This document shows, piece by piece, positions 13,483-25,497 of a DNA stretch of 64,000 nucleotides (positions are counted from its first letter, which is position 1; every line of letters begins with the position of its first letter). The DNA comes from Heptranchias perlo (taxonomy: Eukaryota). The stretch lies in assembly GCF_035084215.1 (NCBI RefSeq), contig NW_027139581.1, forward strand, positions 4,836,001 through 4,900,000, read 5' to 3'. The notes under the pieces were generated by a model. The model was not told where the DNA came from and ran no database searches. It saw only the letters and a list, made by a program, of their open reading frames with translations. The position numbers were made by a program, and so were the translations under genes.

Positions 13483-13905
13483 GGGGCACGGAAGTGTGGT
13501 GATTATGTTCCTGGACCAGTAATACAGAGGCCTGGACGATGAATTCAGAGAACATGAGTTCAAATATGAAAGATTGAGAATTTGAATTCAGTTGTTTAAA
13601 CACTAAATGAAAATCTGGTCTCAGTAAAAGTAACCATGAAGCTATCGGATTGTTGTAAAAACCCAACTGGTTCCCTAAAGGCCTTTAGGGAAGGGAATCT
13701 GCCGCCCTCGCCCGGTCTGGCCAAATGTAACTCCAATCCCACAACAACCTGGTGGACTCTTAACTGCCTTGTGAAGTGGCCGAGCGAGCCACTTAGTTGT
13801 ATCAGACCGCTAGAACGAATAGGACTGCAGCGGTTCAAGAAGAAGACCCCCCGCCCCCACCCACTGGCGATGGGCAATAAATGCCCACATCCCAGGAATG
13901 GGAAA
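13483..13905 (+). mobile_element. tRNA-derived SINE with conserved central domain (Meta-like, tentative) and LINE-derived tail
   Basis: B-box-like gagttcaaat and central ggttc..ctttagggaagggaatctgcc domain. The tail gactgcagcggttcaagaag...atgggcaataaa is shared with the LINE at 9081. Confidence 0.65.
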
Positions 13906-14115
13906 AAGTATCATTCTGGTGAATCTGCGCTGCACCCGCTCCAAGGCCAATATATCCTTCCTGAGTTGCAGTGCCCAGATCTGAATGCAGTACCACCGAT
14001 GGGGTATAACCTGAGCTCTGTACAGCTGTAACATAACTTCCACCCCCTTGAATTCCAGTCCCCTTTAGATAAAAGCCAACTTTCCAATAACCTTTGTGAT
14101 TAATTTTTGTATCTG
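13905..14115 (-). mobile_element. CR1 fragment
   Basis: ORF 13810..14043: VMLQLYRA...LRKDILALERVQRRFTRM. Confidence 0.8.
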
Positions 14116-14204
14116 TTGGAAAGGACAGCGAGAGAACCTCCCTAAATCTGCCGCGGAAATCTTTCTGTCCACTTGAGAGGGCAGACGGGCCTCAATTTAT
14201 TATA

Positions 14205-14590
14205 CAGCGACAAGGACAGAGAGATACTGAGAGCGGTAGGGAGAGAAGGATAGAAAAAATACGACAGAGGCAAAAAGATACAAGAAAGAAAGAAAGAAAT
14301 AGTGACAGAAACAGAGAGAGAGAGTGAAATAATGAAAGACAGAGGTGGACACTGAAATGGTGATGGGACAAGGCGAGATATAAATACAGAGAGAAACAGT
14401 TCGGGAGACAAAGGAATCGATACACTGAGATGGAGAGAAATACAGGGAGAACGAGGGACAAACAGAAAGAAAAACTAAGAAAGAGAAAAAGAGGGAGAAA
14501 GGGACTTAAAAATACAAAGAGTCAGGAGGGAGCGAGAGGGAAAAAAGCTGAGGAATAGAGAAATAAGTAATAGAGAGAAAGACATGAAAT
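14205..14590. repeat. GA-rich low-complexity tract
   Basis: Purine-rich composition (gagagaaa/gacaga). Confidence 0.8.
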
Positions 14591-14599
14591 GAAAGGCAG

Positions 14600-14960
14600 C
14601 GAACCATCAGGTCACTGCTTCAGATACCAGAGGAAGCTGAGTGACTGTTTCCAAAGATACCGCCAGTCATGTCCTCAATGGAGACTCGAACAGAGAAAGG
14701 CTCATTTGCAAATATCACCGCAATGCTTATCTCTGTCCTTCTGCACCGATCCTGCGGCCATATTTAGACCGCGCTGTAAGATGTTGCCATCAGATTATGG
14801 CTCCTGTTTTTATTTTTTGCTCAGAAGTGAGATGTGTGGTTTCGAGCAGGCAGCAGAAAAACAGGAAGTGTGTTGACTCAGAATGAAATCAAAGGCAGCA
14901 GCTTTATGTTTTCAACCCGAACAGACTTCCTGACTCTGTGGGCGGGCTGACCCGAACAGC
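14600..14960. promoter_or_regulatory. Candidate lymphoid enhancer (ETS/RUNX/AP-1/TCF motif cluster)
   Basis: ATTTGCAAAT 14704-14713, TGTGGTT 14835-14841, ACAGGAAGTG 14861-14870, TGACTCA 14874-14880, ATCAAAG 14888-14894, ACTTCCTG 14925-14932 and GGGCGGG 14940-14946, in sequence that does not look repetitive. Motif evidence only. Confidence 0.35.
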
Positions 14961-15294
14961 TCGATAACTGGAATATCTCCATTATAGTTCAAAACTGTAT
15001 TTACCTCCATTTCAGTTTACAGAATAAAATATGAACTTATTTGGTTTTAACATATTCACTGAAAGGGGAGATCGGCTGAAGATTATCACTGGAAGAACAA
15101 GGGAGAGAAAAAAGTCTGTTCGCAAAGAAGGGTTATCAGAAAGTAGAATGCTTTGCCTCGAGTATTGAATATTGAGTAGAGAATGAAACACCAATTAAAG
15201 AAAGACTGAAAGAAATAAAATAGAAAAAAATAGATGGATCGAGAGAACGAAAGTCAGAGGTGACAAAGAACTAGTAGTAATGGGTTAAGGAGAT

Positions 15295-15747
15295 ATAGAA
15301 TCACAGAAAATTTACGGTACAGAAGGAGGCCATTCGACCCATCGTGTCCGCACTGGCCGCAAATGACCCACCCAGTCGAATCCCACTTTCCCGCATTTGG
15401 CCCGTAGCCCTGCAGGCCACGGCTCTTCAGGTGCACATCCAAGTAGTTTTTAAATGTGATGAGGGTTTCTGCCTCTACCACCCTTTCAGGCACTGAGTTC
15501 CAGACTCCCACCACCCTGTGGGTGAAAACATTTCTCCTCAGCTCCCCTCTAATCCTTCTACCAATCACTTTAAATCTATGCCATCTCGTTCGTGGCCTCT
15601 CTTCTCAGGGAAATAAGTCCTTCCTATCCATTCTATTGTGCACCTCAATTAAATCACCCCTCAGCCTCCTCTGAGAACAACCCCAGCCTGTGCAATCTTT
15701 CCTCATAGCTAAAATTCTCCAGTCCTGGCAACATCCTCGTAAATCTG
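15295..15747 (-). mobile_element. CR1 3' fragment
   Basis: ORF 15254..15568: RRNVFTHRVVGVWNSVPERVVEAETL. Confidence 0.88.
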
Positions 15748-16198
15748 TGGTCTATAAATACAGTGAGAAACAGTTAGGGAGGCAAAGGAATGGCCACACA
15801 GAACCTGAAAGGCTTTTGAAAATGGAGGCTATAAAAATGACACAGGGAAAGGGCAAATAAATGGGATTACAGTAAACAATTCCAGGTGAACAGCCAGCAG
15901 CTGTTTACAACACAGAGAGTCTCCCTCCCTGCTGTAAATTGACAGATTCTATGAAACCAACAAAAATATAGTAACTTGAGTTTGGCTCTTTGTGTGACCA
16001 TCAGTAGTTACCACTCTTCTCTCCGCATCAGAGCTTCTGGGTTGATGTCAACTTTCTGACCTAGAACTTAGAGCGCTCATTATCAAAGCTGCATAGTCGG
16101 AGGTGCGGTTACTCGAATAGCCCATTAAACTGCCATCTTATGCACCTGTTCTGGTGGTTCGGGTGGACATTGAACATCTCATAGTTTTGGGCGAAATC

Positions 16199-16428
16199 AA
16201 AAGTAAAATTCTGCTGATGCTGGAAATCTGAAATATAAACAGAAAATGCTGGAAATACTCAGCAGGTCAGGCAGCATCTGTGGAGAGAGAAACAGAGTTA
16301 ACGTTTCAGGTAGACAACCTTTTGTCAGAACTGGAAGAAGTCAATCTACCTGAAACGTTATTTCTGTTCCTTTCTCCACGGATGCTGCCTGACCTCCTGA
16401 GTATTTCCAGCATTTTCTGTTTTTATTT
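16199..16428. mobile_element. Penelope-like terminal inverted-repeat fragment
   Basis: Imperfect arms of about 80 bp (16237-16314 vs 16345-16422). Same sequence family as the start of the GIY-YIG-bearing element at 22513. Confidence 0.75.
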
Positions 16429-16857
16429 AATCGTTTTGGGAGTCCCATTGTAAAAAAGACACGAAAGCCATGCAGAATATGCAGTGTAGATTCACCAAGA
16501 GGATACCAGGCACGGCATGCTGTCGTGTGAGGAGATATATTCGAATCTGCAACTATTTCCACTGCAGAAGATAACGCTAAAAGTAGAATTAACCAAAGTT
16601 TTAAAATTATGAATTGCATTGAAGAGGTGATTAGGAAAAAGTCAATTTCATCCAGTTGGGTACTCGGTGACCGGAAATGGCCAATGTAAAATTGCCACTG
16701 AGGGAGAGAGAGGAGTGTCTGTAGCACATATGTGCGTGTGTCTTTCCGTCTTTTTCTCCTTACTTTATATTTCTCCCACATAGACGTGGAAATGCAACAT
16801 CTGAGCCCTTTGGTGGTCTCGATGCAGGCTGTTTAAACTCATTCAAACGATAAAAAA

Positions 16858-17325
16858 ATACTTCCATTTATATCGCACCTGTCACGACCTCAGGGCGGCC
16901 CAAGGCGCTTCACAGCCAATGAAGTACCTTTGACCTGTTGTAATGTAGGAAAGGCGGCAGCCATTTGCGCACAGCAAGTTCCCACAAACAGCAATGAGAT
17001 AAATGACCAGATAATCTATTTTAGTGATGCTGATGGAAGGATAAATATTGGGCCCAGGACATCGGGGAGAACTCCCCATCTCTTCCTCCAATAGGCCCGT
17101 GCGATCATTTACATCCACCTGAGAGGACAGATGGGGCCATGGATTAACTCTCATCAGAAACACGGCACCTCCGACAGTGCAGCACTCCATCCGTACTGCC
17201 CCTCCGATAGTGTAGCAATTCCTCAGTCCTGCACTGGAGTGTCAGTCCAGATTTTGTGCTCAAGTCCCTGGAATGGGACTTGAACCCACAACCTTCTGAC
17301 ACAGAGGCGAGAATGCGCCATGTTC
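16858..17325 (-). mobile_element. Deu-domain SINE (SacSINE1/AmnSINE-like)
   Basis: Reverse complement of the element at 48050, including the cattgctgtttgtgggaac..tgtgcgcaaatggctgcc core. Confidence 0.8.
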
Positions 17326-18089
17326 GACACTAATTTAAGCCCAAAAAAAAACATTTACTGGAGTTCTCTATGTTCTGATTCTGGGTCTGCCAGTAGCTGA
17401 GAGACATTAGTGACTGATGAACTTTTCTTGTCTTTTTCCTAAAGGGCTGAGGAAGCGGGAATTCCTTTCGATTATGATCTAATTTCGCTGATTATATATA
17501 TATAAAGCACTGTAGGAAATGGATTGAAATGAAACAGAAAAAAAGGGGAAATCACAGCTGTCTCAGAGTAGATAGAAAAAGAGGAAGGGCTGAAAACACA
17601 TTTTAAATGTATAAATTCATGTATTTTTTTGCCCAAGTGAATGATAATGTTGAGGTTTTATGAGAACTTCCAGCCTTTTGTGAAATGGGCACTGTGAATT
17701 AAAATATTACAAGCAGAAAATCATATTTCTGGTACAAAAATGACAACACTGACGTGTTAACATTTCAGGACAATTATGTAGAATTCTCATTTAATACTTT
17801 CTGGATTTGATATCCTACGAGGCAGCTCGTTGAAAAAAGTTGACTCTGTTGTATTGTAGACTAGGATCCACAACATAGAAACATGAAGTCGCTACATCGC
17901 TACAGCCCAAATTATGGGCAAAAAACATTTATTTAGATGGCTTTATTGGGTGGAGAATCATAGAATCATAGAATGAAACAGCACAGGTGGAGGCCATTCG
18001 GCCCATCGTGACTGTGCTGGCTCTTTGAAAGAGCTATCCAATTAGTCCCACTCCCCTGCTCTTATCCCATAGCCCTGCAAATGTTTCAG

Positions 18090-18700
18090 CAAGAAAACAA
18101 TACATGGTCAACAATTAGGAGGGAGACGTCGAGCCAGACTGTCTGGAGGGGTGAAAGCACCGTCAAACGATAAGGGTTTTTACGAGGCATTTCTAAACAG
18201 GAAGGGAGGGGGCAAGTTGGAGCTGTTTACCTATCGAGCTCCAAAAGCCAGGAGGATAGTAACTGAAGAGTGGTTACTAATGTCGGAGGTGCAAAAATGA
18301 GATTCCAGAATTAAATCAGCGACGTAACAGCAGAGCGTGTGTACAGGGACATAGATCTGCAGGAGGTTTCTAAGGGTGAGTGAGGGAGATATGGAGGAGT
18401 TGAAAGTTGAGGATAAGGAATTTGAAGCTAATCCCTGGTCATAATGAAGACATCGAACTTTACAAGGACCAGGATACTGGGAGTACTTGCAAAGTGATGG
18501 CCAGAGCTGGCGTGATGGGAGTGTGGAACTTGCTGGTGGGAACAATCAAAGGGATTGGAAGCACGTGACTTAGTTCTGGCAATGAGGCTGGGTAATTCCG
18601 GTATGGGATTGAGTGACAGAAAGGAATGTGGGTGCTGAGAGTTTGGGATTTCGCCACTGAAAGAAGCTGGGTGGTGAGGATATGCAAGTTAACGATGGTA
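18090..18700 (-). mobile_element. Ancient L2-like LINE remnant
   Basis: Highly decayed similarity to the L2 3' regions at 45500-46190 and 59600-60270. Confidence 0.45.
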
Positions 18701-18859
18701 AGGGCTCTGTGATTTTGGTAGTGTGTGATTTTGTGATGGAGAGGATCTCTGTGTTGTGAAGATGGGAGCTAATTTCTAATTAATTAGAAATCAAGTTAAA
18801 TCCATTTCCTAAATAAATCCAGATCTCAAGTGATTGCATTAGTCCCAGAAATGAACTAC

Positions 18860-21743
18860 CGATCAATAAATAAGTAAATGAAAACTAGAAATAGCAGTCC
18901 AGGCTGTGTGTCGGGACTGTAATATGTGGGAGTTTGTGGACAGTGTGACCGTCCCGGATTGCCACATCTGCATTAAATGCCTCTGGATTGAGACACTGCA
19001 GCTCAGAGTATTTGAGCTGTTGTGTGAGTTAGAGACACTCCAACACATAAGGAAGGAGGCGGTGGAGAAGGATGGCCCACACACACTGGTCCTATCCAAC
19101 GGGTACGAGGTACTTGATTCCTGATACCTGTGAGGATGAGGATGAAGGCTTCAGGGAGGATGCCCAGAATGCTAACCATGGCACCGTGGAGCATGAGGCA
19201 GCCCAAGGGCGGGGGGGGGGGGTGGGGTGGGAGGGGGGGAACGATCAGGTTAGAAAGGTTGAAGTCACTGGGGATTCTATAATCAGGGGATAGATCGTGT
19301 CCTCTGCAGTCAGGTACAGGAGGGTGTGTTGCCTACCTGGTGCAATGGTAAATATCTCGGAGCAACTAGAGAGGGACTTGGAAAAAGAGGGTGTGGATCC
19401 AGTTGTCATGATCCAGGTCCTCACCAATGACATAAGGAAGAAAAGGGAGGAGGTCCTGCTAAGGGAATATCAGAAGCGAGGAACTAACATAAGAAGCAGG
19501 AACTCACAGGTGGTAATCTCAGATTGTTACCCGAGCCACGAGCTAATTGGCACAGGGATAGACAGGTCAGGAATGTGAAAGAATGGAGTGGGAAGGAGGG
19601 GTTCCATTTCGTGGGACACTGGCACCAGGACTGGGACAGGAAGGAGCTGTACCGCTGGAACTAGGGAAAATAAACTGGGAAAAATTACTGACAGACAAAG
19701 AAATAGAACAGAAGTGGAGAACATTTAAAAAGGTGATCGATAGAGTCCAGGAGAAATGTATCCCACTCAAAAGCAAGAACAAACCAGCCAGTGATGATAC
19801 ACCATTGATGAATAAAGAAATAAGGGCGAAATTGAAACTGAAAAAAGGCGCACACTCAGCACACAGATAACAAATGAGAGGATGACAAAGGGCAATAGGA
19901 GAAAGTTAGGAAAGAAGTAAAACAAACCAATAAGCAAGGTAAAGAGAAACAATGAAATTAAATTTTCAAGGAATATCTGAAGAAATAGTAAAGGATGCTA
20001 TAGACACAAAAATAACAAAAGCAAAATCAGGATAGTGACAGGGCCACGATAAACTCACAGGCAATGACAGCGAAATTGCAGAAATATTAAATAATTACTT
20101 TGCCTCAGTATTTATCAGGGTGGGCATGACATTAGAAGAAGAGATCAAAAAAGATAATTGATAAACTCATCAAACTTAGAGTGGATAAAACGCCTGGTCC
20201 GGATAGATTGCATCCGCGCATATTAAAGGAAGTTAGAGAAGAGATAGCAGAGGCACTTTTACATAGATATAAAAATTCATTCGAAAAGGGAATAGTGCCA
20301 GAGGACTGGCGAACAGCTAATGTGATTCCTATATTTAAGAAGGGAGATAGAAAAAGTACAAGGAACTATTGATCAATAAGCTGAACGTCGATAATTGGAA
20401 AGATAATGGAATCCTTACTCACAGATGTTATAGGAAAACATCGAGAAACCGAAAATATAATAAAGAATAGTCAGCACGGATTTCAAAAGGGAAGGTTATG
20501 GATGATCAACATTATTGAATTCTTTGAAGAAGTAACAGAAAGGGTCGACAAGGGTAATGCAGCAGATGTAATTTGTTTGGATTTTCTAAAGGCCTTCGAT
20601 AAGATACTGCATCGTAGACTCATGACTAAGTTCAGAGCATGTAGAGTCAGGGGACAAGTAGCAGAATGAGTAGCAAGCTGGCTACAAAACAGGAAGCAGA
20701 GAGTAGGGGTTAAAGGTAGTTACTCAGACTGGCAAAAGTGGTGTTCCTCAAGGATCGGTGCTGGGACCACTATTGTTCATCATTTATATAAACGATTTGG
20801 ACTCAGGAATCGAAAGTACAATTTCAAAATTTGCGAATGATACCAAATTGGGGGAAGGGGGTGAGGGTGACATAGCTAATACTGGAGAGAACTGCGACAT
20901 AAAACAGGAACCTGCAGAATTGGTGGGTAATTGACAAATGGACTTCACTAGAGATAAGGGTGAGACGGTACATTTAGGTAGAAAGAATAAGGAGGCCACA
21001 TACTCCTTGGTGAATAAGAATCTAAATGGGGTAGAGGAGCAGAGGGATCTGGGGGTAAAGATTCACAAATCACCGAAGTGTGATGCAGGTTATTAAGGCC
21101 ATTAAAAAGCAAACCAAGCTCTGGGGTTCATTTCTAGAGGAGTAGAATTGGAATGCAGAGAAGTTATGTTAAACTTGTATAGAACCTTGGTTAGACCACA
21201 CTTCGAGTCCTATGAACAGTTCTGATCTCCATATTATTAAACGGCTATGGGGCACTGGAGAAGGTGCAGAAAAGATTCACCAGGCTGATAACACAATTGA
21301 GAGGTTAACCCTCAGGAAAGGTTGAACAGGCTGAGGCGCTCTTCTCTAGAAAAGAGAAGACTGAGGGGTCACCTGATAGAGGTCTTTAAGATTATGAAAG
21401 GGTTTTATAGGGTAGACATAGAGAAGATGATTCCACTTGCGGGGGAGACCAGAACAAGGGACCATCGATATAAGGTAGTCACTAATAATCCAGTTGGGAA
21501 TTCAGGGGAAACTGAATTCCAAGAGCGGTTAGAATGTTGTAAGAAGTAGTTGAGGTGACGAGCATAGATGCATTTAGGGGGAAGTTAGATAAGGACATGA
21601 GGGATAAAGGAATAGAAGGTAATGCTGATAGGGTTCGATAAAATAGGGAAGGAGGTGGCTCATGTGGAGCATAAACACCTGGCCGGACCATTTGGGCCGA
21701 CTGGCCTGTTTCTGTGCTGTACATTCTATGTAATTCTATGTAA
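18860..21743 (+). mobile_element. Long CR1 LINE (ORF1 zinc finger and SGNH-esterase fragments; internally deleted, disrupted ORF2)
   Basis: ORF1 fragments CRDCNMWE...CHICIKC and GDSIIRG..VCCLPGA..TNDI. ORF2 fragments KTPGPDRLHPRILKE and SQHGFQKGR. The tail is (ttctatgtaa)n. Confidence 0.9.
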
Positions 21744-21744
21744 G

Positions 21745-22365
21745 AGGTCCTGGTGTAGGGAATGCGGGAGTTAATGAAGAGGAATCCTAGTGTTGGGAAT
21801 GCGGGAGTTAATGAAGAGGAATCCTGGTGTTGGGAGTGTGGAAGTTAATGAAGGGGAGTCCTGGTGGTGGGAGTTCGTGAGTTAATAAAGAGGAGTCCCA
21901 GTGTTGGGAGTGTGGAAGTTAATGAAAGGGAGTCCTGGTGGTGGGAGTTCGTGAGTTAATAAAGTGGAGTCCTAGTGTTGGGGGTGTGGGAGTTAATGGA
22001 GCGGACTCCTGGTGTTAGGAATGCGGGAGTTAATGAAGGGGCACCTGGTGTTGGGAGTGCGGGAGTTAATGAAGGGGCACCTGGTGTTGGGAGTGTGGGA
22101 GTTAATGAAGAGGACTCCTGTTGTTGGGAGTGCGGGAGTTAATGAAGAGAACTCCTGGTGTTGGGAGTGCGGAGTTAATGAAGAGGAGTCCTGGTCTTGG
22201 GAGTGCGGGAGTTAATGAAGAGTCTCCTGGTGTTGGGAGTTCCAGAGTGAATGAAGAGGACTCCTGGTGTTGGGAGTTCCTGGGTTAATGCAGGGGCTCC
22301 TGGTTTTGGGAATTTCGTAGTTAATCAAGAGGAGTCCTGGTGTTGGGAGTTTGGAAGTTAATAGC
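21745..22365. repeat. 36-37-bp minisatellite (CTGGTGTTGGGAGTGCGGGAGTTAATGAAGAGGAGTC), about 17 copies
   Basis: Tandem units are directly visible, with 12-aa periodicity in ORF 22012..22215. Confidence 0.92.
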
Positions 22366-22512
22366 AGTAAGGCTCATGGGTGTTGGCGTGCAGAACTTTC
22401 GTCATGGTCAGTGATCAATGTGTTTGTAATGCTCTATTTAGTGACAGGAAGGACAGTCAATGTTGGTGATATGGGAGCTGGTGACAGTAAGGGGTATTGT
22501 GGATGGGAGTAA

Positions 22513-23220
22513 ATTGCTGGAGAAGCTCAGCAAGTGAGGCAGCATCTGTGGAGATAGAAACAAAGTTAATGTTTCAGGTCGGAAACCTTTCATTAGAACT
22601 GGAAGATGTTAAAGAATTAAAGTGTTTCAGCAAATACAGAGCCAGGGGAAGGAGGGAGGAAAGAACAAAAGGGAAGGCCTTTTCTCGGATAGACGGCAAG
22701 ATGATTAAATGATAAAAGGGATGATGGTGCAAGGCAAGGAGGGTGGTAATGGGACAAGTAAAGAAACAAAAGATGGGTCTAGAGGAGCTGTACATGGCAA
22801 CATCAGAACCATTACCAGCAGCTGCAGTCCAATAAATAAAAATAAATAAAATGGGAGCAGTGGATCTGATCTGAAGTTATTGAAATCAGTGTTGAGTCCG
22901 GAAGGTTGGAAAGAGCCTAAACCAAAGATGAGGTGCTGTTCCTCGAGCTTCTGTTGAGCTTCATTGGAACAGTGTCAGAGGCCGAGAACAGAAAGGTTCG
23001 GAGCGGGAGTGGGACAGGGAATTAAAATGGCAAGCGACCGGCAGGTCGGGTCACGTTTGTGGACTGAGCGGAGGTGTTCAGCAAAGCGATCACCCAACCT
23101 GCGTTTGGTCTCCCCAGTGTAGAAAAGCCCGCATTGTGAGCAGCGAATAAAGTAAATTGAAAGATGTAGAAGTTTCACCTGGAAAGAATGTTTGGGGACC
23201 TGGACGGTGGGAGGGGGGGA
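22513..23220 (-). mobile_element. Penelope-like retroelement 3' fragment with GIY-YIG endonuclease remnant
   Basis: ORF 22975..23178: IYFIRCSQCGLFYTGETKRRLGDRFAEHLRSV. Confidence 0.88.
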
Positions 23221-23244
23221 GGTGAAAGGACCAGGGTGCTGGAC

Positions 23245-23845
23245 CTACCCTGGGAGTGTTTGATGGACAGTGTAGAGGGAGCTTTACTCTGTATCTAACC
23301 CATGCTGCTTGAGGCTAAAGGCCGTGAGAGAAAAGGCCCGGTTGCTCCCTCTACACTGCCCCATCAAACAATCCCGGGGCAGGTACAGCATGGGTTAGAT
23401 ACAGAGTAAAGCTCCCTCTACACTGTCCCATCAAACAATCCCGGGGCAGGTACAGCATGGGTTAGATACAGAGTAAAGCTCCCTCTACACTGTCCCATCA
23501 AACACTCCCGGGGCAGGTACAGCACGGGTTAGATACAGAGTAAAGCTCCCTCTGCACTGTCCCATCAAACAATCCCGGGGCAGGTACAGCATGGGTTAGA
23601 TACAGAGTAAAGCTCCCTCTACACTGCCCCATCAAACAATCCCGGGGCAGGTACAGCATGGGTTAGATACAGAGTAAAGCTCCCTCTACACTGTCCCATC
23701 AAACAATCCCGGGGCAGGTACAGCACGGGTTAGATACAGAGTAAATCTCCCTCTACACTGTCCCATCAAACAATCCTGGGGCAGGTACAGCACGGGTTAG
23801 ATACAGAGTAAAGCTCCCTCTGCACTGTCCCATGAAACACTCCAA
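23245..23845. repeat. 67-bp tandem repeat (about 7.5 copies, 23343-23843) preceded by one inverted copy (about 23246-23307)
   Basis: Unit gctccctctacactgtcccatcaaacaatcccggggcaggtacagcatgggttagatacagagtaaa. Confidence 0.93.
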
Positions 23846-24024
23846 AGAGATAACTCTTCCCATGCACTTCATCTCGATATGTGCAGAACTCAAACTGTTT
23901 ATCTTTTCCCAAACCGCAAGGAGGAGAAATTGTTCCCTCAATATATTAAAGAATAATGCCCCGTAGTTAGTTTGGAAAGAGTTCAGATGCCTTAGTTTGC
24001 AATCTCAACACTTCGCGCGACCAC

Positions 24025-24430
24025 AGAATAGAATCACAAAATCACACAGGAGGTCATTCGGCCCATCGTGCCTGTGCCAGCTCTTCGAAACAGCTGCCCA
24101 ATCAGTCCCATTCCCCTGCTCTTTCCCCATGGCCTCCACGAGTTTTTCCTTTTCAAGTATTTATCCAATTACCTTTTCAAAGTTACCATTGAATCTGCTT
24201 CCACCCACTTTCAGGCAGCGCATTCCAGATCAAAACAACTCGCTGCGTTAAAAAAATTCTCCTCACCTCCCCTCCAATTATCTTAAATCTGTGTCCTTTG
24301 GTTACCGACCCTCCTGTCAGTGGAAACAGGTTCTCCCCATCTACTCTGTCAAAAACTGCTTATAACTTTGAACACCTCCATAAAATCTTCCCTTATCTTT
24401 CTCTGCTCTCATGCGAACAATTCCAGCTTC
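24025..24430 (-). mobile_element. CR1 3' fragment
   Basis: Tail (acaggaggtcattcggcccatcg) and body match other CR1 3' ends in the window. Confidence 0.8.
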
Positions 24431-24679
24431 CAGCTGCTCTGATGGTGCACTTCACGCTGTGCAAAACACCAGTTTCAGGAGGCGGTCTGCCTCGGTTATT
24501 TAGAGCTCTTTGTATTTAGAAATTGCTGACACTTTTATATGGGCCGATTGGAATTTGCTTGCATATTTACAGACGTGGCGGTATAACTCCTGGAGAAGGT
24601 AAGAGAAATCGCCCCTGTCAAGGAAACGGATCAGTTTAAGGCAGGGTTCAGGCCCTCAGTTTATGATACGCTGAGCTTA

Positions 24680-25497
24680 GGAGTCAGCCGTGAATTGGTG
24701 ATAGCACTCGCTCTCTGTGTTAGAACGTCGTGTGTTCGAGCCCCACTCCAGAGAATTGAGTTCCATATTGGCTGACAATCCAGTGCAGTACTGGCGGAGT
24801 GCTACACTGTCGGAAGTGCATTTTTTTGGATGAGACGTTAAATTGAGGCCCTGTCTGTCCTCCCAGGTGGACGTGAAAAATCCCACTGCTATATTTTGAA
24901 GAAGAGCATGGGGTTTCTCCTGCGCCAATGTTTATCACTCAATCAGCATCACTGAAACAGTTTATCTGGTCATTTATCTCATTGCTGTGTGTGGGATCTT
25001 ACTGTGCGAAAATTGGCTGCTGTATCTTTCTCCATCTTGCTTTCTCCCTAACTGTTTCCCCATCTTCCCTCTCCCTTTCTCCTTTTGCTCTCTCTCCCTG
25101 TTCCCCATTCTTCCCTCTTTCTGTCCCCTCCCTCTCCCTTTCTGTTTCCACCTATCTTTCTCCTTCTTCCTCTCTCTCCCTGTTTCCATTCTCTCTCCAT
25201 CTCTGTTCCCCCTTCTCTCTGTTTTTCCCTGTTTCTCCCTCCCTCTGTCTGTTTCGACCTGTCGCTCCCTCTTCTTCTGTTTCTAACTCTCTCCCACTCT
25301 CTCTATTGCTCCCTCTATCCCTCTTTTCAGTACTCATTATCTCATTGCTCTTTGTGGGATCGTGCTGTGCGCAAATTGGAGGCCGCTTTTCCCACATTCA
25401 ACAGTGACCACACGTCGGAAGTACTTCATTGGCTGCAAAGCCCTTTGGGATGTATGGAGGTCATGGAAGGCGCTATGTAAATGCAAGTCTTTCTTTT
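24680..25497 (+). mobile_element. Deu-domain SINE interrupted by a CT-rich tract (about 25025-25330)
   Basis: tRNA-like head (gttcgagcccc), Deu core, and tail ggcgctatgtaaatgcaagtctttc. Confidence 0.8.

Noticed and set aside
18860-21743. Active CR1 or domesticated reverse-transcriptase gene (also 50926-52132)
   Set aside because: Multiple stops, frameshifts and internal deletions.
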